Assembly (NCBI GenBank): GCA_951406725.2
Contig: OX597822.1
Span: forward strand, 101,990,001-102,054,000
Origin: Octopus vulgaris
Taxonomy: Eukaryota
DNA length: 64,000 nt
Direction of reading: 5' to 3'
A program made the position numbers and the translations under genes. Below, in pieces: positions 25,916 to 39,196 of this stretch. The notes under the pieces are model-generated. The model was not told where the DNA came from. It did not search any database and saw only the letters and a program-made list of their open reading frames with translations. Within the stretch, counting starts at the first letter, position 1. Each line of letters opens with the position of its first letter.

Positions 25916-26383
25916 TGGGAGACTTTTAAAATGTCACTATCTGGACCAAATCCATGATTACACCGTCAATAAGTATTTTTGTTTTATTTGGGGCATTTTT
26001 CTTATTGTGCTGTAGAATAATTAAGATAAATAGAAAAGGTATTAGGGCCTGAGAGAACATTTAATCTTATCAAATAATTATATAACATTAGCTTAATTAA
26101 AACCCACAATATTTTAAGTTTTGGTTCATATCTTGATTTATACTGATCGTTAAATCGCTAGAATACAGTCATCTTGAGAGATTATGTGATAATGGAAATG
26201 TTGGCTGCGTCTAAGAAGCATCGGAAATTATTAGCCAATCTGACTGGTTTGATCAACATCATATCAGTCACTGAATACTGAATTTCAACTAAATTATATG
26301 CACACACACAAGCGTACACAAACACGCACTCACACAAATACACGCGCACAGAATTATGATGGCTATAGTTATTTATATCAGTA

Positions 26384-26806
26384 AGGCGGCGAGCTGGCGG
26401 AAACGTTAGCACGCCGGGCGAAATGCATAGCCGTAATTCGTCTACCGTTACGTTCTGAGTTCAAATTCCACCGAGGTCGACTTTGCCTTTCATCCTTTCG
26501 GGGTCGATTAAATAAGTACCAGTTACGCACTGGGGTCGATATAATCGACTTAATCCGCTTGCCTGTCCTTGTTTGTCCTCTCTGTGTTTAGCCCCTTGTG
26601 GGTAGTAAAGAAATAGGTATTTCGTCTGCCGCTACGTTCTGAGTTCAAATTCCGCCGAGGTCGACTTTGCCTTTCATCCTTTCGGGGTCGATAAATTAAG
26701 TACCAGCTGCTCCCTGGGGTCGATATAATCGACTTAATCCGTTTGTCTGTCCTTGTTCGTCCCCTCTGTTTGTAGCCCCTTGTGGGCAGTAAAGAAATAG
26801 GTATTT
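26384..26806 (+). mobile_element. Family A SINE dimer
   Basis: Head at 26384; units 26433-26616 and 26617-26800; TSD tatttatatcag. Confidence 0.93.
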
Positions 26807-26974
26807 ATATCAGATATTTGTATGTTCGTTACTAAATACTATTGCCTATAATCGACTTAATCCGTTTGTCTGTCCTTGTTCGTCCCCTCTGTTTGTAGCC
26901 CCTTGTGGGCAGTAAAGAAATAGGTATTTATATCAGATATTTGTATGTTCGTTACTAAATACTATTGCCTATAA
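26724..26974 (+). repeat. Perfect 123-bp tandem duplication
   Basis: 26724-26846 equals 26847-26969, with 5-bp junction microhomology TATAA. Confidence 0.93.
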
Positions 26975-29565
26975 CCAGAAGTGAATTTGTGTGCAAGATA
27001 TATGAATAGCCGATACTTAATTCTTAACTTCTTGATTAGAGAGTAAGAGTAATGTTGATTCGAGCTCTGTAATGCTTATTTGTTTTAAGAAACAACTACT
27101 TTTATTGACAAACGAAGTGATGAGCTGGCTGAACTGTTAGAGTGTCGGAGACAAGGGCTTGCTACATTTCTTTCCACACTATGATCTGAGTTCAAATTCT
27201 GTCAAGGTCAACTTTGCCTTTCTTTCCCGTCGAAATAGAGTACTAATCAAGTACTAGAGTTGATGGTATCGACAAACAATTTTCCTTCAAAATTCAACCT
27301 TGTACCTAAATCAGAAGCCATTATCAATAAGATCTGTTTGTCTTCAGACAAATAGTATATGCTTTCTCTTCCCTTCGTTTTAGAAAACTGGTTGCGAGAA
27401 TTCCGAGCCATGCCACACCCACCACCACCCCCAAAAGAAATTTGACAATGAACAAAGCAATATGCTACCAAAGAAAACAAAACTAAAAGAATAGTAATTA
27501 AACTCCTCAGCTAGATTTTAGACTTGAAGATAGACAGAAGAAAACAATGAACGTTTACAATACGCAATAGTGTTCTACAGAATTTCCTCGCAAACAGTCT
27601 GCCGGTTCTTATGCCTCCAGTCGCTACAACGTATACATGGCACCTAGCACACCCTGGCTCAAAGCCTCGGAGAGTTTGGAAGCCAACTCATACAAGTGTT
27701 AGAAAGTTTGTTCTTTTTATGAAGGTTATTTGTTAAATAAACTACAAAGGTATGAAACTGAAAACATGCCAAGACTGTCAGAAACGTTGAAGCACAAGTC
27801 TGGTCATATTTTTGTTTCGTAGTATTTGGAGGCTGTTAAATACAAGAGCGACATAAACATGAGCAAAGATGTTGACCACTGGCTTAATGTCAGTTTTGCA
27901 TAAGGAGTCGAAACGGACTATAGTGCAGTATAAAAGACCTAGTTCCTACACATGTGAAAGCAATGGTCATGTAAGTGTATTTTGCCCGGAGAAACTGTAG
28001 AAACTGGAAAAGAAAGGACGGAGAAGGGGAACAACAGAGTCAGTAACAACAACAGCAATTCCTACTCTATCGCGTACCGTTACCCACATTTCCACAGATG
28101 TCGATGCAGGTCACTTCGTGTCTTTTATCTTTTCACTGTCGACAGACTAACACAGCAGTCAAGTACTGGGACTGATGTAATTACCTTGCACCCCTTCCTT
28201 TCAAAAATTACTGGTTTTATGCCAAGTCAGAAAGAATTACTGTTATTGTTTTGCTGCTCATATCATTCAAAAGTTCTGAAATTTTCTTCTGTGAATTATT
28301 GTTTTATCTCAAATTAGAATGAAAAAAATTAATTCGGATATTATTTCACTCAGAGACCTCTATAAGATACTTTAGAATTTCTACCCTTTAATGAAGTTTT
28401 TTTCTTTTTTTTTTTTTTTTTTCATCTTTTAACTCAAAGGTAAAACAAAAGGCATCTTTCTCGGGATGCACGGCTAAAAGAAATTACATTGAACGAAGCA
28501 AAAGAACAATTAAACGAAAGAATATGAAAAAATTATTAATGAACGGAAATGACAAAAGATGAAAAGAAGAAATGGCATTTCCACAGACGAAATAGTATAA
28601 CTGGCACGTTTGTCAACAACAAATACTATGATGATGACGACCACCTCCACCACTCCATCTCTCCACAATCATCACCACCGAAACCACCACCACCACCACC
28701 ACCACCACCACCGTCGCCGCCGCCGCCGCCGCCTCGCCACTGCCATCACCGCGGACATGTGCGTATTTCAAATATAACAAACAATGACAAAATATAACAA
28801 ATCACAATCTTTGACAAACTTTGTTTCCGAAAAGAAAACTTTAAATATGGAGCATTGTACTGAATGAAGTATAAAGCTTGGAAGTATTTTGCCCTCAGGG
28901 CAGGTATCAGCTTACCAAAATCTGTCACAGAAGGGCTCCCAAAGAGAAATGTAACCTATTTGTGTTTTGCGGAGGCCACAAGGGTTTTTCCATCTAAGAA
29001 AGAGTGAAAGGTGGCCGCCAGATATGTTCAGTAATATCTTCTTTATCTACAAAGGAACACTATTTCTGTCATTTTCAAAACTAATGACAAAGCTACAGTA
29101 AAGTGAAAGCCCAACTTGTATGAGACACAGCTGCCTCTAAACCAGCCCCATAATTTTCGGTAAGTAGAAACACAGCAATCACTGTCGGGGGCATCGATGA
29201 CGAATCACCCCTGGTTGTTAGTCATCTAACAGTATGGACAAGTAGTCTGTGCCGACATAGCTTTCGGTGACATGCGGTCGAGTGCAGTCACTATGAACAT
29301 GCAAATCTTCATGATGCCGCAGTCCCGAAATAACACCAGAATTGTGTCCTAAGAGGGTACTGAGAAGAACTTAAAATTCAGTGTTCAAAGCAGAAATCCT
29401 AGTTGCTAAATATGTGGGGGTAAAAGAAAAAATTGTGGAGAGTGATGGTCCTAAAGTGGTACCAGTGCAGTCAGTCGTCAAAGGAAATTAACCCGTGTTT
29501 CTTGCTAGTAGCTAAGAGCTACATACCTCTTCTCCCAAACTCAACCTGCAGAAACGAGATTCATC

Positions 29566-29799
29566 CATACCTATTTCTTTATTATCCACAAGGGGCTAAA
29601 CATAGAGGGGACGAACAAAGACAGACGTAGGTATTAAGTCGATTACATCGACCCCAGTGCGTAACTGGTACTTAATTTATCGACCCCGAAAGGATGAAAG
29701 GCAAAGTCGACCTCGGCGGAATTTGAACTCACAACGTAACGACAGACGAAATACCGCTCAGCATTTCGCCCGGCGTGCTAATGTTTCTGCCAGCTCGCC
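29566..29799 (-). mobile_element. Family A SINE monomer; other monomers at 46031-46255(+), 54978-55210(-), 58782-59011(+), 63680-63880(-)
   Basis: Same consensus; TSDs visible for 54978 (ctttaagataaat) and 58782 (ccatatatatttaa). Confidence 0.9.
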
Positions 29800-30119
29800 C
29801 AACAGCAACTACATCTGAATCATCGAGAAACTCCCCTTCGCAGCAGCATTTTCCACACCCACTTATAAGGATGGGAATGAATGGAGGCTACAGGAGACTG
29901 GTAGGCGCGTTTAAAATATACATTAAAAAGATCCAAAGAAAGAAATCGAAAAACACAATAAAAAGCGTGATGAGGGCCACACTTTACATGAAGAGTAAAC
30001 GATCTCCGGAGGGAAATCAATCTCGTGTAAAAGAACCAAACTTTCGTGAGGTGAAGCACCTCTCTGTTGAAGGGTTTGTCTCCTCTGAAGAGAAAGAGAC
30101 TCCTTCCTAGCATCTTTAG

Positions 30120-30361
30120 TGAAGTGGGTGTAATCAAGTAGGGGTCAGTCGCCATGATAGATCTTTAGCTACTATACACATTTTTCTCTCCTTTTTTTCT
30201 CTCCTTGTTTCTCTCCTTGTTTTTTTTTGTGTTCTTTTCTGTAGAATAGCGTAGAATCGAAACGTAAAAGCCTTTTTTCTATTCCTGGGCGTTATAATAA
30301 TACATCTGTTTGTTTTGTACACCACCTGTCTTCGTCTTTTGTTTTTTTCGTAAACTCCCCC
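30120..30361 (+). mobile_element. Probable Penelope-like retroelement terminal segment with a hammerhead-like motif
   Basis: tttt-ctgtaga-a-...-gaaa-cg-ta-aaag at 30235-30270 followed by a pyrimidine-rich tail; family call is inference. Confidence 0.45.
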
Positions 30362-30856
30362 TAATCAATCTCTTACTCGAGTGAAATGGTCTTCGCAGTC
30401 ATTCAAGAGCAAAAACTGGTAGTTGAATATGTATATGAACAACAACAGAAAAAGGACACTCGAAATGAGGTACTGGTCTGGCATGAGTACTGAGCGAAGG
30501 AAGTAGTGATGGAAAAGCAACAAAAACTATAAATTATCAATAAAATTTACAATATATAATACGCATTAAAACGTAAGCTAATCCACATGATGTAAGCCCT
30601 TTCTGGCAAAGTAACTCCTCACAGAGAATTCTGGAATAGCCAGTATTAAGTAATATATGAAATACATAGAGAGGATACGTAGGGAGATATTATCTTGGTA
30701 GTAGAGTATTCTGACCGACGCAATTGAACATTTAAAATTTTTACATAAAAATATATGGTTTTAATGTATGTGTGTTTTATTATGGAATATCATGTATTTA
30801 TGGTACATCTATTATGCATTTATTATGCACAAAAAGAAACAAACTATTGGTAGAAC

Positions 30857-31192
30857 CTTCGTCACCTTACTGGCACTTGTGCCCGTGCTAGTAGGGTGCC
30901 AAGAGCACCATCCGAGCGTGATCGTTGCCAGAGCAGCCAACTGGCTTCCGTGCCAGTGACACGTAAAAGGGCACCATTCGAGCGAGATCGTTACCAAAGT
31001 CGCCTGACTGGCCCCCGTGCCGGTGGCACGTAAAAAGCACCCACTACACTCTCGGAGTGGTTGGCATTAGGAAGGGCATCCAGCTGTAGAAACTCTGCCG
31101 AATCAAGATTGGAGCCTGGTGCAGCCATCTGGTTCGCCAGCCCTCAGTCAAAGTCGTCCAACCCATGCTAGCATGGAAAGCGGACGTTAAAC

Positions 31193-31225
<33 letters not shown>

Positions 31226-31226
31226 A
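30857..31226 (+). mobile_element. 5'-truncated SINE with ~65-bp internal tandem units, Meta-like domain and RTE-type (GAT)n tail
   Basis: Repeated ccgtgc..gtg.cacgtaaaa..gcacc; ggttggcattaggaagggcatccagctgtagaaac; ggacgttaaacgatgatgat. Confidence 0.8.
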
Positions 31227-31389
31227 ATGATTACTGCCTTGTACATGTAAACTATCCAAAGATTTTGAACCCTTCTTGACACAGTAGATCTCCATGGAGG
31301 ATTCTGGAATCACCTACATTAAATTATATGCAGAGAAGATGTAATCAGGGTAGGAGTGTACCCTGATCAACAGAAGTGGACGTTTAAAA

Positions 31390-31773
31390 TCTCTCTATAT
31401 ATAAACGGCAGTTTGTCTGTGCGTGTTTCTGTGTGTCTGTTTGCTTGTACCCTCACCCTGACCACGGCTTTCAACCGATTCTGATGAAACTTGACACACA
31501 CATAGCCCAATGTCATAATTCAAAACTAACGCAGCGAAAATTTTGAAAAGTTCCCCCAGTTCTGAAAAAAATCGATAAATTCGACATGGGGTCGAGAATT
31601 AGAAACACAAACCATAAACTGTCTAGGGGACGCAACTCCACCTTTTTTAAATCTCAAAAAAAATTTACCATAATTTTTTTCCATTTTTTTGCTATTTTTT
31701 GGCTATAACTCTCTAAAAATGCTTTATAGTTATTTCCCTTACAAACCTGAGCAACGTCGGGCGATACTGCTAG
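31390..31773 (+). mobile_element. Non-autonomous Helitron
   Basis: A|TC...cctgagcaacgtcgggcgatactgCTAG|T. Confidence 0.87.
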
Positions 31774-32426
31774 TTTTACATAAACGTAAGTGTATCTTGT
31801 TTTAAGAAATGTGTTAATAATACATCTTTTTAATTTATTTTATATAATTACATTTCTGTTTTTGTAATTTTCAGATCGTCCCATTATACTTACTGTATAC
31901 CATCTCTCTTCTTTCCCTTTGTCTTTTTATTACATATCTCTCTCATCCACACATCATTTCGGTTAACGCTCTTCGTATTTCTTTGAATCCTTTGTGGCCA
32001 ATAAAGAAACGATATTATTATTACATTTATTTCTGTTATTATTCTTGTTATTACAGCAGGATGATAAGTCACAATTTCGTAACATTCCCTTCAAATGATA
32101 TATTTGTTGTCGACATTACCCACTTAAAACATCCTTTTTTTTTTTTTTTTTTTTGCGTTTGTGTTCTGTCTTGTTTCAGAACTGACTAATTGCACTTTGT
32201 CTGATTCTTTCAGTCCCCAGCGGGACCACAATTCCATTTTATAGCCTTCGAAAAAAACCTCCAGCAGAAAAAAAAAATTTAATTTGAAAATGGCGTCGTG
32301 TTTTTACAAATGAGATGTGGTGGGGAAAAAGCAACAAGAAAGTGAAGCACCGCCATTCAAAAAAAGAGAAAAAAATTCAGAACCGTAAAAGCATCTGTTT
32401 TTCACCTTCTCGTTATTTAATCTATC

Positions 32427-32822
32427 GTGGAGGCGCAATGGCCCAGTGACCCAGTGGTTAGGGTAGCGGACTCGCTGTCATAGGATCGCGGTTTCGATTC
32501 CCAGACCGGGCGTTGTGAGTGTTTATTGAGCGAAAACACCTAAAAGCTCCACGAGGCTCCGGCAGGGGATGGTGGTGATCCCTGCTGCACTCTTTCACCA
32601 CAACTTTCTCTCACTCTTACTTCCTGTTTCTGTTGTACCTGTATTTCAAGGGGCCGGCCTTGTCACTCTCTGTGTCACGCTGAATATCCCCGAGAACTAC
32701 GTTAAGGGTACACGTGTCTGTGGAGTGCTCAGCCACTTACACGTTAATTTCACGAGCAGGCTGTTCCGTTGATTCGGAACAACCGGAACCCTCATCGTCG
32801 TAACCGACGGAGTGCTTCCATC
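32427..32822 (+). mobile_element. OR1-like SINE, full length; near-identical copy at 42196-42582
   Basis: 12-bp TSD atttaatctatc (32415-26, 32823-34); both copies share a duplicated cccagtg in the head. Confidence 0.92.
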
Positions 32823-33353
32823 ATTTAATCTATCACAGCGACGGCGATGGATACGACGGAAAACCTCGTCACCACCAACACCAGTAACACGCTTTGTTAA
32901 ACACAGTGCTGACGTTGGCATAGAAAATAGTACGGAAGTTTCATGTCTTTAGCAGACAACACCTCCAAAATTTCATCTGTAAGCACCACCACTAACAACA
33001 CCTACACCTGGCGTTCAAGAATTTGGACCTGGAGATTTTCATTTACATCGACTTCGAGGGCCACTTCCCAGTGGTGTCGGACGTCAACGAAAAGCACTCA
33101 ACTACAACAAGACGACCAAACTTTTTTTTTCAAGGTCTGGGGTCTCCCGCCCCTAAGACCTAGACCATCACCTAATCACCCTTGCTTGTCTTGTTGCTTA
33201 ACAACAACAACAACACCTGCACCAGCACCAATACCAGCATCAGCAAAACTGGCAGCATAACCAACGATAGCATCAACACCACCAGACCATCACCAATAAC
33301 AGCTACAAGTAAAACATCACAACAGTGGTGCTTCTATTTTAAAGAGGAAGACG

Positions 33354-33762
33354 TCGAGCTGGCAGAAACGTTAGCACACCGGGCGAATGCTTAGCGGTAT
33401 TTCGTCTGCCGCTACGTTCTGAGTTCAAATTCCGCCGAGGTCGTCTTTGCCTTTCATCATTTCGGGGTCGATTAAATAAGTACCAGTTACGCACTGGGGT
33501 CGATATAATCAACTTAATCCGTTTGTCTGTCTTTGTTTGTCCTCTCTGTGTTTAGCCCCTTGTGGGCAGTAAAGAAATAGGTATTTCGTCTGCCGTCACA
33601 TACTGAGTTCAAATTCCGCCGAGGTTGACTTTGCCTTTCATCCTTTCGGGGTCGATTAAATAAGTACCAGTTACGCACTGGAGTCGATGTAATCGACTTA
33701 ATCTCTTTGTCTGTCCTTGTTTGTTCCCTCTATGTTTATCCCTTTGTGGGCAATAAAGAAAT
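33354..33762 (+). mobile_element. Family A SINE dimer
   Basis: Junction aaagaaatag|gtatttcgtc at 33580/33581. Confidence 0.92.
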
Positions 33763-34120
33763 AAGAATCGTTAACACACAGCACAAAATGCTTACCGGCA
33801 TTTTGCCAGTCTTTACAATTTGAGTTCAAATTCCACCGAGGTAGACTTTGCCTTTCATTCTTTGGGGTTGGTGAAATAAGCACTAGTCAAGTACTGAGGT
33901 CAATATAATCGACTTCTCCTCCCCTCAAAAAAATGCTGGCCTAGTGCCAAAATGTGAAGCCATATTACAGTGAAGAGATAACAGGTGGGGGCAATTCATA
34001 ATCACACTAAGCATTGGATAACTTCACCTGCTTCCCAGCTAACATGAGTCAGCGAACATTTCTGACGTCGCAAAAGATGCCACTTTGATTGGGCCTGGAG
34101 CAGCTTGCAATGACTTAGAA

Positions 34121-34458
34121 GGACCCCCTTCGGTCATGACTGATCATGGGGTTGCAACTTGGAAGTTACCCTCTCAGGCAAAAGTCCGGGCAAGGTTGTT
34201 TATGGAAAACCAGCAGTCGCCCATGCACATCGGCCTCCCTTCTCCACACCACCAGTGTTATCCAAGGGAAAGACAAAGGGGTCGATACAGCTTGGCACCA
34301 GTGACGTCGCAACTCATTTCTACAGCTGAGTGAACTGAGCAACGTCAAATAAAGTGTCTCGCTCAAGAGCACAACACACAGTCCGGTCCAGGATTCGAAC
34401 TCACAACCTCGCGATCGTAAGCTCGACGCTCTAACCACTGAGCCATGCGCCTTCACAC
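34121..34458 (-). mobile_element. SINE, same family as 18151-18492
   Basis: Collinear similarity over ~330 bp. Confidence 0.87.
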
Positions 34459-34559
34459 ATGCAATGGCTATAGATTACTAATAATAATTCACCAACACCA
34501 GATCTGCCTTCGGGGTGAAGCGATCCGAAATAATTATTTAAAAGAATCTGAAAAGAAGT

Positions 34560-35394
34560 ATTATGGAAAAAGAGAAGAAAATGAAGCATAGACGAAACAA
34601 AGATAGAGAGAGAGTGGGGGGGGAAGAACTGACATAAAAAAATATATATAAAATAAATAATGAAAATGAGAAATATAGACAGAAAATGTGTTAAATATAT
34701 TGTATTTAACTAAGAGATGAAAGAAGACGAATAAAAGTGAAAGAATGAGAAAAAGAGAGGGAATGGTAGAGAGGATAAAAGAGAGGGAATGGTAGAGAGG
34801 ATAAAAGAGAAAGAATGAGTGAAAATGAAGAGAGAAAGAAAGAAAGAAAAGGGTGAAAGAGAGACTGAAAGACTGAAACAGAAGGTGAGAGAGAGGAGAA
34901 CGAAGACAAGAGGACAACCACAGAGGGGGGTAGAGAGATAGAGAGAGAAAGAGAGAAAAAGAGAGAAAAAGAATGATGACAAGAGAGGAAGAGAGAGAAA
35001 GGGTAAAAGAGAGCGAGAGAAGTTGGGAAGGGGTCGCTGCAGATAAAGAAACTTAAGAATGTATGGAAGCCCTAAAAATTGAATTCAGTCTTCAAGTAAA
35101 CATCCGAAGTGGAAAGTGACACGAAATATATAAAAGTGTTTAAAATCAAGGTAAATAAAGTTTAATGTGAGTATGTGTCCCATGCGTGTGTGTGTGAGTA
35201 TGCGTGTGTGTATGCGTATATGATTGTGTATGTCTATATGTCTGTGTCTGTGTGTGTGTGTGTGTGTGTGTATGCGTATGTGGTTGTGTATGTGTATATG
35301 TTTATGTGTGCTAGTGTGTTTGTGCTTGTCTGCTTGTGTGTGTATGTCCATGTGTGTGTGTGTATGTGTGTGCATGCGTGTGTATTATAGTGTG

Positions 35395-35449
<55 letters not shown>

Positions 35450-35520
35450 GTCTGTCTCTCTGTCATTCGGAAACAACAGTAACATCGACAACTATATCAA
35501 CAACAACAACTATAACAACA

Positions 35521-35565
<45 letters not shown>
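34560..35565. repeat. Low-complexity block: GA-rich, (TG)n, (TC)n, (ACA/ACT)n
   Basis: Direct reading. Confidence 0.9.
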
Positions 35566-35567
<2 letters not shown>

Positions 35568-35786
35568 AGTATCTGCAAGTATAGTACAGCTACAAAGACA
35601 ACAAACGACCCCGAACAACGTTAAATGGTAGAAACTCACCAACTACAAAATCTTAAGTGCTGACAAAGACGACATTTTTACTGTATTAATTTTGAGAACC
35701 TTTACCTTACGGGATATAACGTTACTTCATTCAAAGTCATTCACAGAAATAAAAGAAAACCAAGGTAGTAGTAGAAGTAGTAGTAA

Positions 35787-35988
35787 TGGTGGTGGTAGTG
35801 GTGGTGGTGGTGGTGGTGGTGGTGGTGGTGGTGGTGGTGGTGGTGGTGGTGGTGGCGGCGGCGGCGGCGGCGGTGGCGGCGGCGGTGGCGGTGGCGGCGG
35901 CGGCGGCGGTGGCGGCGGCGGCGGCGGTGGCGGCGGCGGCGGCGGTGGCGGCGGCGGTGGCGGCGGCGGCGGCGGTGGCGGCGGCGGT

Positions 35989-36020
<32 letters not shown>

Positions 36021-36118
36021 TGGTGGTGGTGGTGGTGGTGGTGGTGGTGGTGGTGGTGGCGGCGGCGGTGGCGGCGGTGGTGGTGATGGTGGCGGTGGTG
36101 GTGGTGGTGGTGGTGGTA
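35787..36118. repeat. (GGT)n/(GGC)n trinucleotide array
   Basis: Direct reading; explains the poly-G/P/T/V/A ORFs. Confidence 0.97.
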
Positions 36119-36739
36119 GGGGGAGGAGAAAGAGAGGAGGAGTTCTCAGAACTGTCATTCGTTTTCAACTGTGATAAAATAAAATGTTTGTCATTTTAAG
36201 AAACAAGTCCCAAAGTCAATATTTTACGATTTTTTCGAGATTTAAGTCAATTTAATTAAAATTTCTTGCATATATTATCATTATTTGTTTTGGGTTTTTG
36301 TTACTTCTTTTTTTTTCTCTCTCTCTCTCTCTCTTAATTATATTCTTATATCGAATGTCAAATCAAACACATGTCAGAAGAAAAAAAAGTATTTATCGAT
36401 CTTAATACTTTAGATTAGTAAGTTATCACTGAAATCATTAAAACGTTTGTCGTTTCAGTAAATGGTTTGGCATTTTTATTTTTTTATAATCTGCTTCGTT
36501 TTGTTGATTGATTCTGATGGAACGTATTTAGATATTTCATCATATGCGAATAAGAGATTTTAAAGAGCTGTATGTTCGGTAATTGATTCTGTGTTTGAAC
36601 TAAGGATGGTGAATAGCATACATCTTGAAGAATTGATAAAATAAATAATTCTAATTACTCGGTGAATGCAATTGAAATGGCATTAAATTAAAAACACCAC
36701 CCTGTATCATAATCAAGATATGAAAATCGTCGAAAGGTG

Positions 36740-37230
36740 TGATGATGTGGCTTTTGTCGTCTGAGGGAAAGTCTCTTCGTAGACATGTTATTGCCAAAAT
36801 ACAATGTATATCGGAGAGAGACGAACATCATCGCTGCAGTGACTCACATGAATGTCAGATATGTTTTGCTCTATTTGGGGAGTTTTCAATGCTGTACATC
36901 TGTTTGTTGCTCGCTTAGAGGAAATTCGTGCTTTGATATATAGGAAACTGAATGATACATTCACTGATATTGCGGAGATCTTGCCAGACTGTAAAAAAAA
37001 ATTCGGTGAAGACAATTACAACAGATTTGAATTAAAATCGCTATCTGTGTATTATACTCAATGTATATGTGTTTTTTTTTTTGCTTCAGATAAAAGCGCA
37101 CATGTCTATGAAGAGATTTTCTCACAGACAAAAACCACAGCGAAGTGCCTTTCAACAGGGTATGTATACATTGAGTATAATGCACAGATTGTGATTCTAA
37201 TTACTCTGTCGAAGCAAATGCAGTCGCTCA
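36740..37230 (+). mobile_element. Possible highly decayed hAT (Charlie/SPIN-like) transposase remnant
   Basis: FVARLEEIR resembles hAT RFxxxxEEI; SAHVYEEIFSQTK resembles the dimerisation-domain STYxCEQxFSxMK; weak and by eye only. Confidence 0.35.
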
Positions 37231-38376
37231 TGGGATCAATGAAGGGCGGATTCACTTGTAACCTGTTAACCATAATAAGGGGATGAACTGGCAGCATTGT
37301 TAGCAAGTCGGAGAAAATGTTCAGCAGTGTAAATTTAACTCTTTACGTTCTGAATTCAAATTCCGTGGAGATTGACTTTGCTTTTCATTCCTTCGGGGTC
37401 GACCGAATAAGCATCAATCAAGCACTGGGCTTGATGTAATCGACTTACACTCTCCTCTAAAAGTGTTGCCCCTGTGCCAAAATTTTAAATCATTATTATC
37501 CATGCTTTTCATAGTAATTCTGTAACTCAGAAGCTATGAGTATCATTCTCTACTTATCTTGATTTTATTTGTGTCCAGTTTCCTGACACTCCCGAATTTA
37601 CAGTCAACCATGCCCAATGTTTTCACCGTTTACCATTGACATTATAAATAAAATAGATAAATTTATCTATCGCTGTATGTTTTTGCTGCATTTCTTCTTG
37701 GAGATGATAGTTTATTTTGAATGGCCTCCTACTCGATAGGAAGGTTCTAAACAAAATTTTTTTTATTACAAAACAGCTATCCTATTCTTTGCATTATTCT
37801 TTTTCTCAGCCATTTACCGCTCAACTCTAAAGAAAACTTTATAGATGTTTCTGGAAGACCTTCTAAGAATTTGAAGGGTTCCAGAGATTATTTTCTCTTT
37901 AAGTTCAGGTTCAGTAATATGATCTAAATGGATTGCTGTATATCCCGTTTCTAATGAGAATGGTTATAAAACTAGATGGGTATATGGATACGACTCTCTC
38001 CATACACTTTGCTAATAGGTCTATAAAACATGTCCTTTCCTTCATATATATGATAATTTTAATAAACAACTTGTTTACACTCTATTATCAAACCGTTCAT
38101 TTTTATGTCTTAGACATAATTTGATTTCGGTTTACCACTACAAATGCACAGCTGGACACTTCAAATTAAACTTCAAATCTTTGTAGGATATTACATTATG
38201 AGATTCCAGTTAAGTTTTAATTAAGATTAACAATTAAAACAAAAAACTTCAAATTGTTAACAAAGAAACGTTCGTGATATATTTAAATTTAGAATATTTA
38301 TTTCTGTAACGCTTGTTTTGTTGGTATGTATAATAATGAGTTTAAGGAAAAACATTGAACAACTGGCAGTTTCTGA

Positions 38377-38559
38377 CGAGGGGCCACTGAAAGGTTCCTG
38401 GCTTTAAGGTGTCGCGAAAGGCCTGGTTAGAGGCCCAACCTTCCGAGTTCTTTTACAGGGTTTAGAAAAACTGAAGGACCGCTGCAATAAGTGTATTTAT
38501 CTGAGAGGGCAACATGTTGAAGGAAACCTAATTAACTGATCCTTTCTAGTATCCCCTCG
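38377..38559 (+). mobile_element. Mariner-derived MITE, partially deleted; right end of the same family at ~42830-42892
   Basis: cgaggggccactgaaaggttcctggcttt ... cccctcg-ta; aaagccaggaacttttcaacacctccccg-ta. Confidence 0.7.
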
Positions 38560-39196
38560 TATATGTATTTATCTAACCATATAATTTTGAAGGAGAGGAA
38601 AGTAATGGGCTTGAGAAGAAAGACTAAAATTATCAATTTCGCTGGTTTGTGATCGATGTAGGCAATAACTCCAGCAGCACGGTTCTCCAAAAAACAGACG
38701 CACCTATTAAGCAAACTAGAGAATCCCAACTACTCCCGTCTAATTTACACCATCCACGTTTATTATACATGAACTACGAAACTGTCGATATTTCCATTGT
38801 CACAGATGCGCAGAATATCCCCAACTGCCACAGCAAGACTATTTGATCTTTAGTTGGAGGCCTGGCAATGGTGACCTATGCAATCTTACTCGCTAGACAC
38901 AGATGCTACACAAGCGAACGTTCACACCCATCAGACCCACTCTCCAGTTCTCTCATAATACGCCAAGTGTCAAAATAAAGTCAAGACAACTGAGCTTGCG
39001 TGAGAATGTCATGAAATTGCCAAAATCATAAAAGACAGTCGCAAATATTATTTACCTTGCGTCGTGTTTTCTAGGCCAGCGGGATTGTAGGAAGCCATCT
39101 TCCCCCAGTTAATTCCGTTAGTCTGCTGTTGCCAGCTTCGAAGCTATGGAGATGAAGTTTCCTCGTTTCTTTCTTGTCTTATGAATGAATTGTGGA

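Noticed and set aside
26617-26800. SINE unit as a spliceosomal intron (starts GT, ends AG)
   Set aside because: 3' end is purine-rich with no adjacent polypyrimidine tract and the donor is weak; apparent gtat run-ons at some element ends overlap their TSDs, so they are not independent evidence
27599-27664. Cytochrome c-like CxxCH gene
   Set aside because: Frames are closed by nearby stops and lack a start; resemblance is probably chance (kept only as a note in the duplicate finding)
32427-32510. tRNA gene
   Set aside because: tRNA-like SINE head continuing into SINE body with a TSD; the same applies to all other A/B-box hits
36852-37286. 144-aa ORF as a host gene
   Set aside because: Only weak hAT-like motifs and no splice or domain support; treated as a possible TE relic
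38373-38400. Canonical hammerhead CTGACGA...GAAA
   Set aside because: No proper helix II or I; coincides with a mariner MITE TIR
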